A program made the translations under genes and the position numbers. Below are positions 38,701-51,270 of a stretch of DNA of 64,000 bases, in pieces. The notes beneath the pieces were generated by a model. The model was not told where the DNA came from and made no database searches. It saw nothing but the letters and a program-made list of their open reading frames with translations. This stretch comes from Eledone cirrhosa (Eukaryota), in the NCBI GenBank assembly GCA_964016885.1, contig OZ024740.1, positions 274,350,001 to 274,414,000 on the forward strand, in the 5' to 3' direction. Position 1 is the first letter of the stretch. Each line of letters starts with the position of its first letter.

Positions 38701-39327
38701 AAATTAGAGATAAGAGGGGATCAGATGTTGTTTACTCGAGAGAAGGCTACGTTGGTATGGACACGTGATGCGCATGAAGGTCGATAGCTGTATAACAAAG
38801 TGCAGGGCAATAAAGATAGACGGTAGCCACGGAATAGGCAGACCTAGAAAAACCTGGGATGAGCTGATAAACTCCGACCTCACACACTTACACCTCTCCA
38901 AGACAATGTCACTGGACCGAGACCTTTGGCGGTACTCAGTAACAGAGAAGACCCGCCTTGCCAGTAGGCATCTCTAACAAAATACACCCCGTCCCGCCAC
39001 CACCACCACCCCATCCACACCACCCCGTTCTATGTAAATTTATGTTGGTGCCGCGCCATCCAGGCCGAAACAAATGAGATCGTGTAGGTGTCACGACAAA
39101 AAAACACACAGTCCACGCTGTAATGTGGCCGTGTAGGCAACACGGTAAAAACCTCCCAGACCCACACTGTAAATGTGGTTGGTGTTAGGAAGGGCATCCA
39201 ACTGTAGAAAACCTGCCAGACAGTCCTATGCGAGCAAGACAATCACTCTTGCCTCAAGTGGGACTACCCCCGTCCAAACCCATGCAAGCGTGGAACACGG
39301 ACGTTAAACGTTGATGATGATGATGAT
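35760..39327 (+). mobile_element. Near full-length RTE-clade LINE inserted in a TA-rich tract
   Basis: Single APE-RT ORF, then a 3' UTR ending ggacgttaaacgtt(gat)n; same family as 28388-30617. Confidence 0.95.
35794..38977 (+). pseudogene. RTE LINE ORF: APE endonuclease + reverse transcriptase + PHD-like finger; in-frame TGA at 37867-37869 and a frameshift near 38715
   Basis: APE motifs GTINVGTL, CIQETRW, SAYAPQ, AGDLNGHVG, VDYIL, SQHRL; RT motifs NYRGIKL, FVDQEKAFD, HQGSDLSP, YADDL, FRYLG. ORFs 35794 and 38041 are in the same frame; the C-terminal GRPRKTW lies in the 38765 frame. Confidence 0.95.
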
Positions 39328-39376
39328 ATATATCATCATCTTGATCATCATCGTTTAACGTCTATCTTCCATGCTA

Positions 39377-39413
<37 letters not shown>

Positions 39414-39517
39414 CACAGTTCAAGAGTAACCAATCTTAAAGAGAGAGATGGAGATAGGAGAGGAGAAGAGAGATTGGTGAATTAGTTAGAAGCCAAAATT
39501 ATTAGTATTATTACAAG

Positions 39518-39710
39518 GGCGGTGGATTGGCAGTATCGGTAGAGGGTCGGACGCCATGCTTTCCAGCATAGTTACGTCCCTTTACAATCTGAGTTCAAAT
39601 CCCGCCGAGGTTGACTTTTCCTTTTATCCTTACGGGGTTGATAAAATAAAGTACCAGTAATGTACTGGATAATTGCTGGCCTTGTGCTTAAAGTAGAAAC
39701 AATTATTATT
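39518..39710 (+). mobile_element. Full-length tRNA-derived SINE, family 1
   Basis: A box tggcagtatcgg (39528-39539), B box gagttcaaatcc (39591-39602), conserved gcctttcatcc..ggggtcgataaa body, (att)n tail. Confidence 0.9.
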
Positions 39711-40159
39711 CTTTACATCCTTTACATTAAACTACAACTATGTTGACAATTGAGGTCTTGTTTTGCTTAACTAATGAATATATATATACATATATATGTA
39801 TGAAAATATGGGTGAGAAGAAAACTGCTGGTTGCACATGGATAACATGTTATAAAATGAGTCCCTCATCAGTGATTTACCAAACGATCATGGGTATTTCA
39901 TCGCATTAAAAATCATATACCTCAAGTTGGAGCGATAATAACTAAAATAAGTTATTAGGACAATAGAAACGCGTAAAGCGAGTGAGACAAGTAAACAACA
40001 CAGGGGGAAGCTAACCGAAGATGGAAATAAATACAAGCAACATAGTTATTCTTTCAGCATAAGCTGTGTGAATATATGAGCGAGTCAGAAAACAGACCTT
40101 TCGCTAGTGAATCCGGTGTTAGAAAGAATGAAAACCGTTATATGTATATATATATATAT

Positions 40160-40548
40160 ATCATCATCATATCATTATCATTTTACGTCCGCTTTTCCCT
40201 GCTTGCAAGGGTGGGACGGGAACTGATTCTGGCTTGATTTCTACAGCTGCATGCCCTTCCTAACACCAACCTCATTTCCAGTGAGTGCTGAATGCTTTTT
40301 TTCTGTGGCGCCTACACGTCCACTTTACAGTGTGGGCTGGGTGCTTTTTTTGCAGTGGCATCTCCTAGACCACTTTGCAGTGGAATGATAGGGACCCCAG
40401 ACCCTATCATCTCATTTCTACAGCTGAGTAAACTGGAGCAATGTGAAATAAAGTGTCTTGCTCAAGGAAACAACATCACTCAGTCTGAGAATAGAACTCA
40501 CAACCTTTCGATTGCAAGGCCAATGCTCTAACCAATAAGCCATGTGCC
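40160..40548 (-). mobile_element. tRNA-derived SINE, family 2, with RTE-derived 3' tail
   Basis: Reverse complement of the 41601-41961 copy. Confidence 0.9.
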
Positions 40549-40593
40549 ACCTATATGATTTGAAGATTTATATTTTCCATTCATTATTGTAAA

Positions 40594-40781
40594 TGGTGGA
40601 TTGGCAGTATTGGTAGAGGGTCAGACACCATGCTTTCCAGCATGGTTATGCCCCTTTACGATCTGAGTTCAAATCCCGCCGAGGTTGACTTTGCCTTTCA
40701 TCCTTACGGGGTCGATAAAATAAAATACCAGTAATGCACTGGGTAATTGCTGGCCTTGTGCCTAAAGTAGAAGCAATTATT
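40594..40781 (+). mobile_element. tRNA-derived SINE, family 1
   Basis: A/B boxes and body as at 39518. Confidence 0.9.
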
Positions 40782-41566
40782 GTATTTGGTCAACAAATAC
40801 AATAATGTTTGTTTTTTTTGCTTTGTCTATTCATCTTTCCTAATTTATTTTTCAGTTATTTGAAATATAAAACTTACTTAAAATATCAATAAATCTTTAA
40901 TGAACTTTGTCTTCTATTTAAGATGATCTTCACAAATGAACACAAGTATGGCCTTGTAGTTAAGAAGCTTACATTGCCATCACACTATTCAGATTTGATC
41001 CTAATGTGCAACACTTTCTGTAAGTGCCTCTTATCATAGCATCAGTTCAATCTAAATCTTATGAATAAAATTGTGTAGACAGAAATTGTGAAGTATTCTT
41101 TCAGTTGGATTGTGCCTGTTTACTAATGGTCGACACAACAATATTTTGATCTTGGGTGACATTAACATAGTCCAGTTTGTTGCAAGTATTTGGACTATGC
41201 CCCTAATCTGTAGCTAACTTGATCTCTTGATGCTCTTCCCCCTACTGACAAAATCTATGAGTTGTGGTTTTATCCTGGTCTTCCTCCACCAGTGCCCTGG
41301 CTAAAGTCTAAAGACTGTCTTGAGCCCAGAGGATCACCAGGCCAGTATTTATCCCAACTTTCTGATGTCAGCACTATATATACACTGTATCAATAAGAGA
41401 AACAAGCTGGGATTCATTCTTACCATAAAGCTTGGGGTCATGCATGAAAGATAAGAGGCTGATATTTTGCTGGTGATCTTTGAATTCATACTCAACCTCA
41501 GATTTTCTGTGGTATCATGCACAGTACAAACATCATTGGTGACAGGCCAAAATTGTACCAAAAAGT

Positions 41567-41961
41567 AGGCACATGGCTTAGTGGAGGCACATGGCTTAGT
41601 GGAGGCACATGGCTTAGTGGTTAGAGCATTGGCCTTGCAATCGAAAGGTTGTGAGTTCAATTCTCAGACCGGGTGATGTGTTGTTTCCTTGAGCAAGACA
41701 CTTTATTTCACATTGCTCCAGTTTACTCAGCTGTAGAAATGAGATGATAGGGACTGGGGTCCATATCATTCCACTGCAAAGTGGTCGTGTAGGTGCCACG
41801 AAAAAAAAAAAACGCACCCAGCACTGACTGTAAATGAGGTTGGTGTTAGGAAGGGCATCCAGCTGTAGAAACCAAGCCAGAATCAGTTCCCGTCCCACCC
41901 TTGCAAGCAGGGAAAAGTGGACGTAAAATGATGATGATGATGATAATGATGATGATGATGA
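41567..41961 (+). mobile_element. tRNA-derived SINE, family 2, with triplicated 18-bp head and RTE-like tail
   Basis: A box tggcttagtgg, B box gagttcaattc, ccttgagcaagacact core, tail ggtgttaggaagggcatccagctgtagaaa...ggacgtaaaa(tga)n shared with the RTE 3' UTR at about 39180-39327. Confidence 0.9.
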
Positions 41962-42269
41962 TTTATTATTAGCTTATAGTGATTCCATACTTACATCTGA
42001 ATTCAATTGTCAAAAGAATGAAACATGGTTACTTTAATCAATCGAGCTGCTGCCGCCGCCATCACCACCATCACCACCACCACCACCACCACCATCATCA
42101 TCATCTATTATAGTGATAGAAAATAACATGATTGGGGCAAATAGGCAAGAATGTTTGATGCCTTAAAATTAATAGTGAAGTGAGATTTATCATATAATAC
42201 TTGCTATAGTTAACTGATAAATTTCAACTAATTTAAATTATATATTTAATGATAAGAACAATCATTATA

Positions 42270-42458
42270 TGGTGGATTGGCAGTATCGGTAGAGGGTCAG
42301 ACGCCATGCTTTGACACATAGAGTTACGGTCCTTGCCATTCTGTGTTCAAATCCCGCCGAGGTTAACTTTGCCTTTCATCCTTACGGGGTCGATAAAATA
42401 AAGTACCAGTAATGTACTGGGTAATTGCTGGCCTTGTGCCAAAAGTAGAAACAATTAT
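42270..42458 (+). mobile_element. tRNA-derived SINE, family 1
   Basis: A/B boxes and body as at 39518. Confidence 0.9.
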
Positions 42459-43186
42459 ATAAATGAATAGCTGAAGAAAACAAGGAAGGAAAGGGAGACA
42501 ACACTGATATTTTAATTAATAAAAATTTAAATATGGAATGAAGTGAAAGATTGTTGGTGGTTTTTGCAGTATAATGACAACCCGGGACATGTTTCAATCT
42601 TATATATTTATTATACCTCGAAATTAACTACTGAAGAATTTAAACAGAAGACCAAAGGGATATGAAACTAAATAATTATTTCCCCCCAAATCATCATCAA
42701 CAACGTTTTTACATCTGTTTTTCCAAGCTTGCATGGGTTGGACAGGTCCTTTTCAGCACAGCATCTCTCCACTCATCATGGTCTTTTGTTATCTTCTCTA
42801 TAAGTCTCAGTTATTTGAGATCAGTTCTCACCACCTCTGCCCAAGCCTTCCTTGGTCTACCTCCACTTCAGCTTCCCTCCACTGGGATCTCCTTGTACAT
42901 CTTCACCCAGTGACTATTATCTATTTGCATCCCCTATTCATACCAAAACTGCATATGGCAATTAAGCTGCCCTTTCAGTGATACAGAACATTAAACATAA
43001 CAAGGGAAATTAATCCAAGTTTGAAGAATAGTGTTCATGGCCAAAGTCTTGAATATAACCTTTTTGATTGAAAATCAGTGGAATCAGGAAAAAAATGAAA
43101 TGAGGTTAAGTGAAAAAGTGTATATGTGTGTGTTTATGTATGTATGTATGCATGTATATATGTATTTAGGTATGTATATATGTGTG

Positions 43187-43271
<85 letters not shown>

Positions 43272-43695
43272 ATATATATATATATATGTGTGTGTGTATG
43301 TGTATATGTAAATATGTATGCATCTATGTATGTTTATATGTGTGTGTGTATGTATGCAATCTATTTTATTTTACTTCAATTTGTTATTTTCTTAAAGTTA
43401 TCCTTCATTTTTGTTTGTTGTTGTCAGCAAATAACAAACACATATTTTTTCTTGCTTTTTTTTTCCTACTTGGAATGTGGCCAGAGACTTAATTATGAAG
43501 ACAGTTATGTGTATATATCCCTGTGTGTATTTGTGTATGTTATGTTTGGATGTGTAAACATTTGGCTGAGGTATGTATTTCTATGCATGTGTATGTGTTT
43601 GAGTATTTGAGTAGGTGTACTAGTTTAGAGTAACAAGTTGTATATAAGTGTGTGTATGTGTAAAATGTTTTAGTTGAAAATAAAGATAGGGAAAG

Positions 43696-43798
<103 letters not shown>

Positions 43799-44650
43799 TG
43801 AGATGTAAGATATGGATAAACCAGCTAGTGCAAGCAATAGAATACATTCCAATAAAATAAAGTGGAATGGCATTGATTTTTTTTTTTTCCACGTATTTTT
43901 CATTATTTTTTGTTAAAAGTATATTTAAAAACAACATGGACACACACACACATATATATATATATTTCACTCAGAGTAAACAGTTCAAGGTCAACTTCCT
44001 TACAGGCCAGTAGAAGCCAAATGGGCTCTCTGATGAGCTTTTAGACTAGAACTTTTCCTATGATACTGCATTTCCCAAGAGGACATTCCAAGCTTTAAAT
44101 AATATAATTATCATTTTTTTTCCATATTACTTCTGTTCGAGTTTTTATTAATAGCTGTTTTTATTTTCTTACTAATATGTCACCAAAATTAATATTGAAG
44201 AGGTTGTTACATATCTATTAGAAAATGAAATGTATGAATATTTTTCACAAGTACATAAGTTAATAAATTTGGTCTTAACTTCCCTATTTCAATTTCGTTT
44301 GTTAAATGATCTTTTTCTGTGATTAAAAGAATAAAACTTTGTCATTATAATAGCCTTAATATAGGCTCACAAACCTTCCAATGAAAAATACGTATCTGAA
44401 GAAAACAATACAGACATGAGAATATTTTTGCTAAACGACTTGCAGGTCAGAGTTTCCCAGCATATACGTTATTTTACTGAATTTCCTTATGTTAGTATAT
44501 TTTTCTTATCTACTTAACATTGATAAAACAGAACATAATACAAAATGATATAATTTTGGTTTGAGATGTAACCATAAGTGTATAGAACAAATGAGATTTT
44601 AATATATATATATATATATATTAAAATCAGATTTGTTCTATATATATATA

Positions 44651-44830
44651 TAGCAGTCGGCTGAAATATTCATAAACTGACTAAGATACTCTCATGGAAT
44701 GACCAAATGAGGTTTCTTTTTCAACATTGTCTCTGGAAAGAAATTAGGCAGTTATTAACAAAAAGAGCTGAAATTAATGTATGCGAAATTTCACAGCTCT
44801 AGCCTATGAACTTTTCAGCTGACCCTCGTA
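44651..44830. mobile_element. Mariner-type MITE / internally deleted DNA transposon; second copy at about 58090-58298
   Basis: The right end ctatgaacttttcagctgaccctcg-TA is imperfectly mirrored by the left end gtcggctgaaatattcata. TA flanks. Internal ctgactaagatactctcatggaatgac is shared by both copies. Confidence 0.7.
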
Positions 44831-45623
44831 TATATATCTAAATGATATGGAGATTTTAGAATTATTTTCCAATGTGAATCTTGCCTTCTGTTTGAGATGT
44901 TTTTAATGTTTTTTGATTGGTAATTGCTGTGGACATTCTGTAACTAAATCCTTCATGTTTGAAGTTTTTAACTGAATTACAAGGTTCCTTAATAGTATTA
45001 AACCTATTTGAGACAACCAAAACATGGGTGTTGACAAATGAAATAATAATAGGTGAAAGAAATAAAAGTTCAAGCATCGATGTATGTCAATCTTTTTGTA
45101 AAATATGCGTTATGAGCCTGATGTTACATAATCTAAAGGATATCCTAAAATATCAATTGTTTTTCATTAGTTTTCTTTGTGAATCGAATGGGTAGAAGCA
45201 ATTCCTTTTTAAAGCAGACAAGGAAAATGTGTCTGCACTTCTCACAAATGTTTTGGTCAAATATTTCTTTTAGGGATATAACATTTCCTCTGCGAGCCCC
45301 ATCACATGCATATAAGTGTGCTGGAGAGAAGAGCAGATGCTTCTACTCATTAAGTTTCAGAGTCGATGCCATGGACAATGTACCTAATATATTCTGTAAA
45401 ATAGTGGTGGCGCCACAAAAAATGTACCCAGTACACCTTGTAGAGTGGATGGCATTAGGAAGAGCATTTAGTCATAAAACAATGATAAATAGAGCAACCT
45501 ATGAGCAAGATGAGTCGATCCGACCTGTCTAGTCTTGCACTCTGATAATCTGTACAACCCATGCTAGCATAGGAAACATATGTGATATATTTGATAATAT
45601 ATATGTATATATATATGTATATA

Positions 45624-45710
<87 letters not shown>

Positions 45711-46048
45711 ATGATATTAATAATAGAATAAATATGGTTTTATAAATAAATATTAATATACTTTCCATTTATTAATATCATTGATATTATACTCCAGAAA
45801 ACCTGTCGAGTGCTTCGAATATGTTATAAATATATTTGTTGAATTACCAACAAATTAAATATCCCTTTGCTTATATATATATATATATAGAGAGAGAGAG
45901 ATTTTGAGTTTATGTTGTATACCAACACCTCATATGACTCCAGTTCCCCAGTGAATTAACAACCCAACAAGGAACTGGGCATATCAGAGTATTGACAATA
46001 TCATACACCTAAACAACATATGTACTTGTCTATACCATACTAATTCAA

Positions 46049-46103
46049 ACTGCCTGAAGAGGTCACAGCCAAAGATGGCTGTCACTGAAATATATATAGC
46101 AGT
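46049..46103 (+). ncRNA. Type I hammerhead ribozyme (canonical core) followed by AATAAA
   Basis: Stem I actgc/gcagt; CTGAAGA 46054-46060; stem II acagcca/tggctgt extended; GAAA 46087-46090; palindromic stem III TATATA; TA; aataaa at 46104. Confidence 0.82.
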
Positions 46104-46385
46104 AATAAACAAAGCTAAATTTTAATCATTTGACTTTTATTTAACTTTATTTTATATATATATGTATATATATATATATATATATATGAAATATATGAAC
46201 AGTTCTTTGATTCTTATATTTCATATAACTGCTCTGTAAATCATCTGATGTTTTTACATTGAGCTACTTAACTTACTGGTAATAAGGTAGTAATACATTA
46301 CTGCCTACCACTATTTAGGGTGTGTGTAAAATACTTACAACTGCTTAAGGTTTTGTGTTTACATAACCATAAATAGTATAACTAA

Positions 46386-46439
<54 letters not shown>

Positions 46440-46599
46440 TTATCATCATCATCCTTTAACATCCATTTTCTCTGCCATCAAGGGTTGAATGAGTCTTCAC
46501 AGACTGAGTCATTATTGAAGTGGTGCTACTGACCTCTCATAACGTTTTATTTTATTACCAAGAACGTTTTATTTTGGCATCAGCACTACAAAGTCTGCT

Positions 46600-47040
46600 T
46601 TAACTTTGACTCAACTGAAGAGTTCTCCCAATATTTTGTTTGGTAAGCTTTCTATAGCTGGATTTCCTTCCTATCACTAACCACTTTATACCATATACTA
46701 GGTGCATTTATCCTGTAGATCACCAAAACAAGGGAGGTTGTCATTTCCTTGACACAACTGAAGAGTCTTTCTAACACTTTGTGAGGTAAGTTCTCTACAG
46801 TGGAATGCTCTTACCATTACCAACTACTTTACAGCATGTATTTGGTGTGTTTGAGTAGATCACCAATTCTAGAGGAGTTATTGTGCCATTGACACCACTG
46901 AATGGTCCTCGCAACCATTTTAGGCATGATGTCTATAATGATGTGCCTTTCCTGTCACCAACCATCTTGCAGGGCATACTGAGTGTTTTCATGGCACCAT
47001 CACTAGAATGGTTGTTGGTGACAGTCCCAACTAAAAAGCC
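46600..47040 (-). repeat. Three decayed tandem units of about 140-144 bp containing RTE/SINE 3'-tail sequence; sister array at about 57120-57500
   Basis: caactgaagag-like anchors at about 46612, 46756 and 46896, and acaa(a/t)t..ag.gtcc anchors at about 57138, 57281 and 57424. Each unit has a ggatgcccttcct..caccaaccactttacag-like block. Confidence 0.7.
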
Positions 47041-47639
47041 CTTTCTCTTCTGTGAGATTTGAGGTGGGGCGGGCAAGAGGAGAAGGGATTTATGAATGAT
47101 ATATTTGACAGGGTGATGAGTAGGGAGAAGAAGTGACTAATAGTATAGGAGAAGAAGGGGTGTTATTAGTGGTGGTCTGTGCAGATGGTGTGACCATAGC
47201 AGGTAGGAGGAGTGTAGTGGTGGAGAAAATAATTATGGGATGGTAGTGGAAGGGCTGCACATGGATAGAAAGAGTAGTTACTAGGTTGTAAAAATGAAAG
47301 TATCTCAGGGCTATAGAAGTGGAGAGTAGCTAAGGACTGATACTGAAGGGAGAATGGATGGGGGGGAGTGTTTGTGCAAGGGTGTATATAAATATATATG
47401 TGTGTGTGTGTGTGTATATATATATGTGAGATGTTGTCTTTTCAAATAGAGCCAATTGTATGAATTCTATTATTTATTGCAATGATGATAGAAAGAGTAG
47501 ACATGAGTGGAAACTGATAAAATAGCATAAAAGAATATATGTTATTTTGAATGTGCATTAATTTAGATAATACCCTTATAAAACTGTAAATGACATTCTA
47601 AACCAAATACATCAACTAAAATGAAATTAAATATTTACT

Positions 47640-48410
47640 CTCAGTGGTGGTAAGAAACACCCAGGAGAGCTGGAAAGCAGGTTTTCAGAGAAGAAACTTC
47701 TCTCATGCAAGTGTTTTGGCCCTTTATTTCTAAGGGAGCCAGGCTGCATCCAGGTCATGACACCTAGGTGTCTCCCTGCTGATACCTTTTAGCCATTTGA
47801 TATCAGAGATTTGTGTATTCAAACTGTATGGAGATTTTATTGAAAAGATCTAGCTGGAAATCCTCATCGTTAACTTTGCTTTCAAACTTATATGCTTTAA
47901 ATGCTTTCTTGAGTCTATAAAAAATAACATTAGTAGTCATGGTAGCAGTAAGACATCAACAGTGCTAATACTGCCACTAACACTACAACTATCACTCATG
48001 TAGAGCTACTTCCCTTAGTGTTTGTTAAATACATTCATAATGCATTCAAACAGTATGGATGCCATTTTTGTTCCTCCTTGTCCAGATCCAGCTGAAACTT
48101 TACAGCAGTGCCCCTTATATTGCCTTTAGAGCTTTTGACTTGTTCTACCCAGGGACAAAGAGTAGTTTTATAAGATTATAGGCAGATTTGCCCACAAAAC
48201 CTCAGGCTCTTACTTTTATGGTAAGATCTTTGACCAAGAAGTTGGTTTCCTTCAGGCTGTTGGCCAAACTGGCATATTTTTCAGTCTTGAACACATATGC
48301 CCTTCTATTCTATTTTCAAATGGCATGGTGCATTCAAGAATGATCAGCTGCTTTGATGAATTGGAGTGGAGTATGATATTCTGTCTCAAGCCATTCTTCC
48401 TGTTATTCTC
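47640..48410 (-). pseudogene. Decayed restriction-like endonuclease C-terminus of a non-LTR retrotransposon (HERO/NeSL-like)
   Basis: Minus strand reads RQNIILHSNSSKQLIILECTMPFENRIE..AYVFKTEKYASLANSLKE, matching the RPD...IELTVPWE...KxxKY pattern. Confidence 0.6.
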
Positions 48411-48799
48411 AAATTATTAATGTATCATATTAGTTATGCAATTTTTCAAAAATTCAGATGCATTGAAGGTTATTTAGTAAATATACCGTTCACTACATAT
48501 CTCTACATGTTTAATTAGTTGAAAGAACATCAGTAAAAACATCCCAATAAGAAATATTTGCACTTAATAAGCCTGCAGAAGTTAGAGTGTAGAAGTATTA
48601 GTGCAATTTTTTATGACATTTAACAATGTAAATCGGAAGTAACTAGAATATCATGAAAGATGTCACTAGTTTGCAAGATGCCTTCTGATAGAAAATCATA
48701 TTCATAGATTTATTCATAAACACATTTATATAGAGATATATTATGTGTTTACATACTCACAAATGAATACATACACATATTCACACACATATTCATATA

Positions 48800-49210
48800 T
48801 CTTGGTTGTCCATCATAAACAAATGATGATGACATCTTCTTTATTTTAGTTCCCATCTGCCGTGGGCACGAAGGTGCCTGTGGTGGCCGATCATCGACTT
48901 GCAGGTCTGGGGACAGAGGGGGCAGGGGAAGAGACCGGAGTTACTTGAGGCAGCTGTTGATGCCTTTCTCCTCCTTTCACGGGCCTCAGTGGCCTCTGCT
49001 CGTGTCTTCTCTTCAAAAGAGTCTTTGGCACGTCTGGTAAGGGCTCGCCACTCAGTCCTGTCCAGAGCATGGGACTCAAGTTGTTTTGGGGCGATTCCAA
49101 TGTTGTTGATGCTGGACTTCACGCAATCTTTGAACCTCTTGAGAGGCCTGCCCTACTTTTGTTTCCCCGAACAGAGTTCCTCATACATCAGTTGCTTCGG
49201 AAGCCTGTGA
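48800..49210 (-). mobile_element. 3' fragment of a second RTE-type (BovB-like) LINE with C-terminal C2H2 finger
   Basis: RLPKQLMYEEL..GRPLKRFKDCVK..ALDRTEWR..FPCPLCPQTCKSMIGHHRHLRAH, then a short 3' UTR catcat..gatggacaaccaaga. Confidence 0.85.
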
Positions 49211-49339
49211 ACGTATATGTATATAATTTATTTAATATCATTGAATTCTTACTCCAGAAATATGTCGAGTGCTCTGAATCAGTTGTAAACATCTATATTT
49301 GTTGGATTTCCAACAAATTAAATATCTCTTCTACATATA

Positions 49340-49372
<33 letters not shown>

Positions 49373-49851
49373 CAGTATATAGTTCGTTTGACATTTATAA
49401 CCTATGTTGATTGCTCTGGTCTCTATTTGGTCCATGGAGCACTTACCAGCGTAACTCGGATATTGTGTTTCACTTTGTTTTCGACCATGGCCGAAATACG
49501 AATCTCGCTGAAATTATATTTGTATTAATCTCCTGAGTCTAACAATTAACCAGTTAATTTTTTTAGATAATTCTATTGACTGATTAATTGCTTAAGTTTA
49601 TTTTAAAAACTACCCGGTTGAGAGCTTAATTCGATTTGTGCAGTTATTGTATTAATTTCACACTTACTGAATTCATCTGCCAAAATCTGGGGTTTTCTCC
49701 CTTGAAGAGTTACACACGTGGTTTTACCACTACATACCACTGTGTGATCCTGAACGCTGGTGTAGAACAAAATATCTGCTGACGAAGTGACAGCCTTGTT
49801 CGATCATTATACCAAAAGCTTATTATTTTATCTACTCCTGTAGAAGCCATT

Positions 49852-49966
<115 letters not shown>

Positions 49967-50521
49967 AGAATGAGTAAAATCTAATTGACTGAAAATATAT
50001 GACAAACTCTGTAGTGCTAGAGTTAGTTCTGGTGTCACAATAAAATTCACCCTGCACATTCTGTAAAGCGGTTGGCAATAAACTTGAGGCAATAGAAGGT
50101 AACACTGTAGTCAGGCCAAGCTCTCTAGTGGTGGTGGCATCATAAAATGCACCAACTATATTCAGTAAACTACTAGACCTGCTGCTACACTAAAATTCAT
50201 TAGGGAAAGCATCCCACTATAAGAACTATGCCACATATGGAATTTATCAGGAAGATGAAGTCTCTCCCATATGTCTAGTGTCACGCTGTAACAATCTGTC
50301 CAGCACATGCAACCATGGATCATGAATCGAAAATGATGATAATGCACAAGCGAGATGACAGATACCTGGCTTGTCTAGGTCAGTAGCCACCACTTCAGTA
50401 CTGAATTGATCTATGTAGACCCAGCCAACCCTTGGTAGCAGGAAAAGCAGGTGATAAAACAATGATGATGATGATGATGATAATATATATATATGCATAC
50501 ATACACACACAAACACATACG

Positions 50522-50584
<63 letters not shown>

Positions 50585-50665
50585 CACGAAGGAAGTGTGG
50601 TAAGGAACCAGATGGACCATCATGCACCAGAGTACTCAATACTTAGGGTAGTAGAGTGGGTAATA

Positions 50666-50781
50666 GGAAAATATTCAAGACCCCGATGGCAGAGTTCAGG
50701 CCGTTTCAACGGCTATTTCTGGACTCCAGAAATAGCCGTCGAAATGGCTTGGGCTCTGCCGTCAGGGTCTTGAACATTTTC

Positions 50782-50782
<1 letters not shown>
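50666..50782. repeat. GC-rich palindrome with 58-bp arms centred on 50724
   Basis: ggaaaatattcaagacc...ggctatttctgga C tccagaaatagcc...ggtcttgaacattttcc; the arms differ by 8 transitions. Confidence 0.9.
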
Positions 50783-50856
<74 letters not shown>

Positions 50857-50857
50857 T

Positions 50858-51270
50858 AGTTTTGCGAGGTTTTTTATATGAAATCGTGTGTCGAAACAAA
50901 TATTGTTATACTTGGAGAGGGTCATATTTGTGTAATATTGCTACAATTAATAACAGAACACACTCATAGACAGACTAAATAAAAATGGCGTAGACATACA
51001 ATGTAACGGGAGGAAACAATAGCACCACTGACGATGTTGCAGATGTGCAACGAAAGAACTTTGATAAACTATATATATATGTGTTTGTGTCTATATTGTA
51101 TCTGTATTATTTTTGACCGTCGGTCAGTCAATGGCAACATTGAGGACCGAATAAATTAGATTACCGATATAAAAGACACAGAAGCGAAAACCAACCAAAC
51201 AGTGAGTGTGTTCTGTTATTAATTCTGGCAATATTACACAAATATGACCCTCCCCAAGTATAACAATATA
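50858..51270. mobile_element. PLE pLTR-like element related to family B, with inverted arms (about 50900-50967 and 51203-51268)
   Basis: gaaatcgtgtg..gaaac..atattgttatactt..gagggtcat is shared with 26969-27015; the inverted arm is visible; (TA)n flanks. Confidence 0.7.
51024..51065 (+). ncRNA. Type I hammerhead motif (canonical core, weak stem I)
   Basis: CTGACGA 51028-51034; stem II gttgca/tgcaac; GAAA 51052-51055; gaac; TT; stem I acca/tgat has a mismatch. Confidence 0.6.

Noticed and set aside
39518-39610. SINE heads as tRNA genes
   Set aside because: A and B boxes are present, but there is no complete cloverleaf and each is followed by a SINE body and tail.
39850-39910. CTGATGA (minus strand) in the dispersed repeat shared with 1665-1997, considered as an HHR or a C/D snoRNA box
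   Set aside because: No downstream GAAA/stem III, the other copy reads GTGATGA, and no D box or terminal stem is evident.
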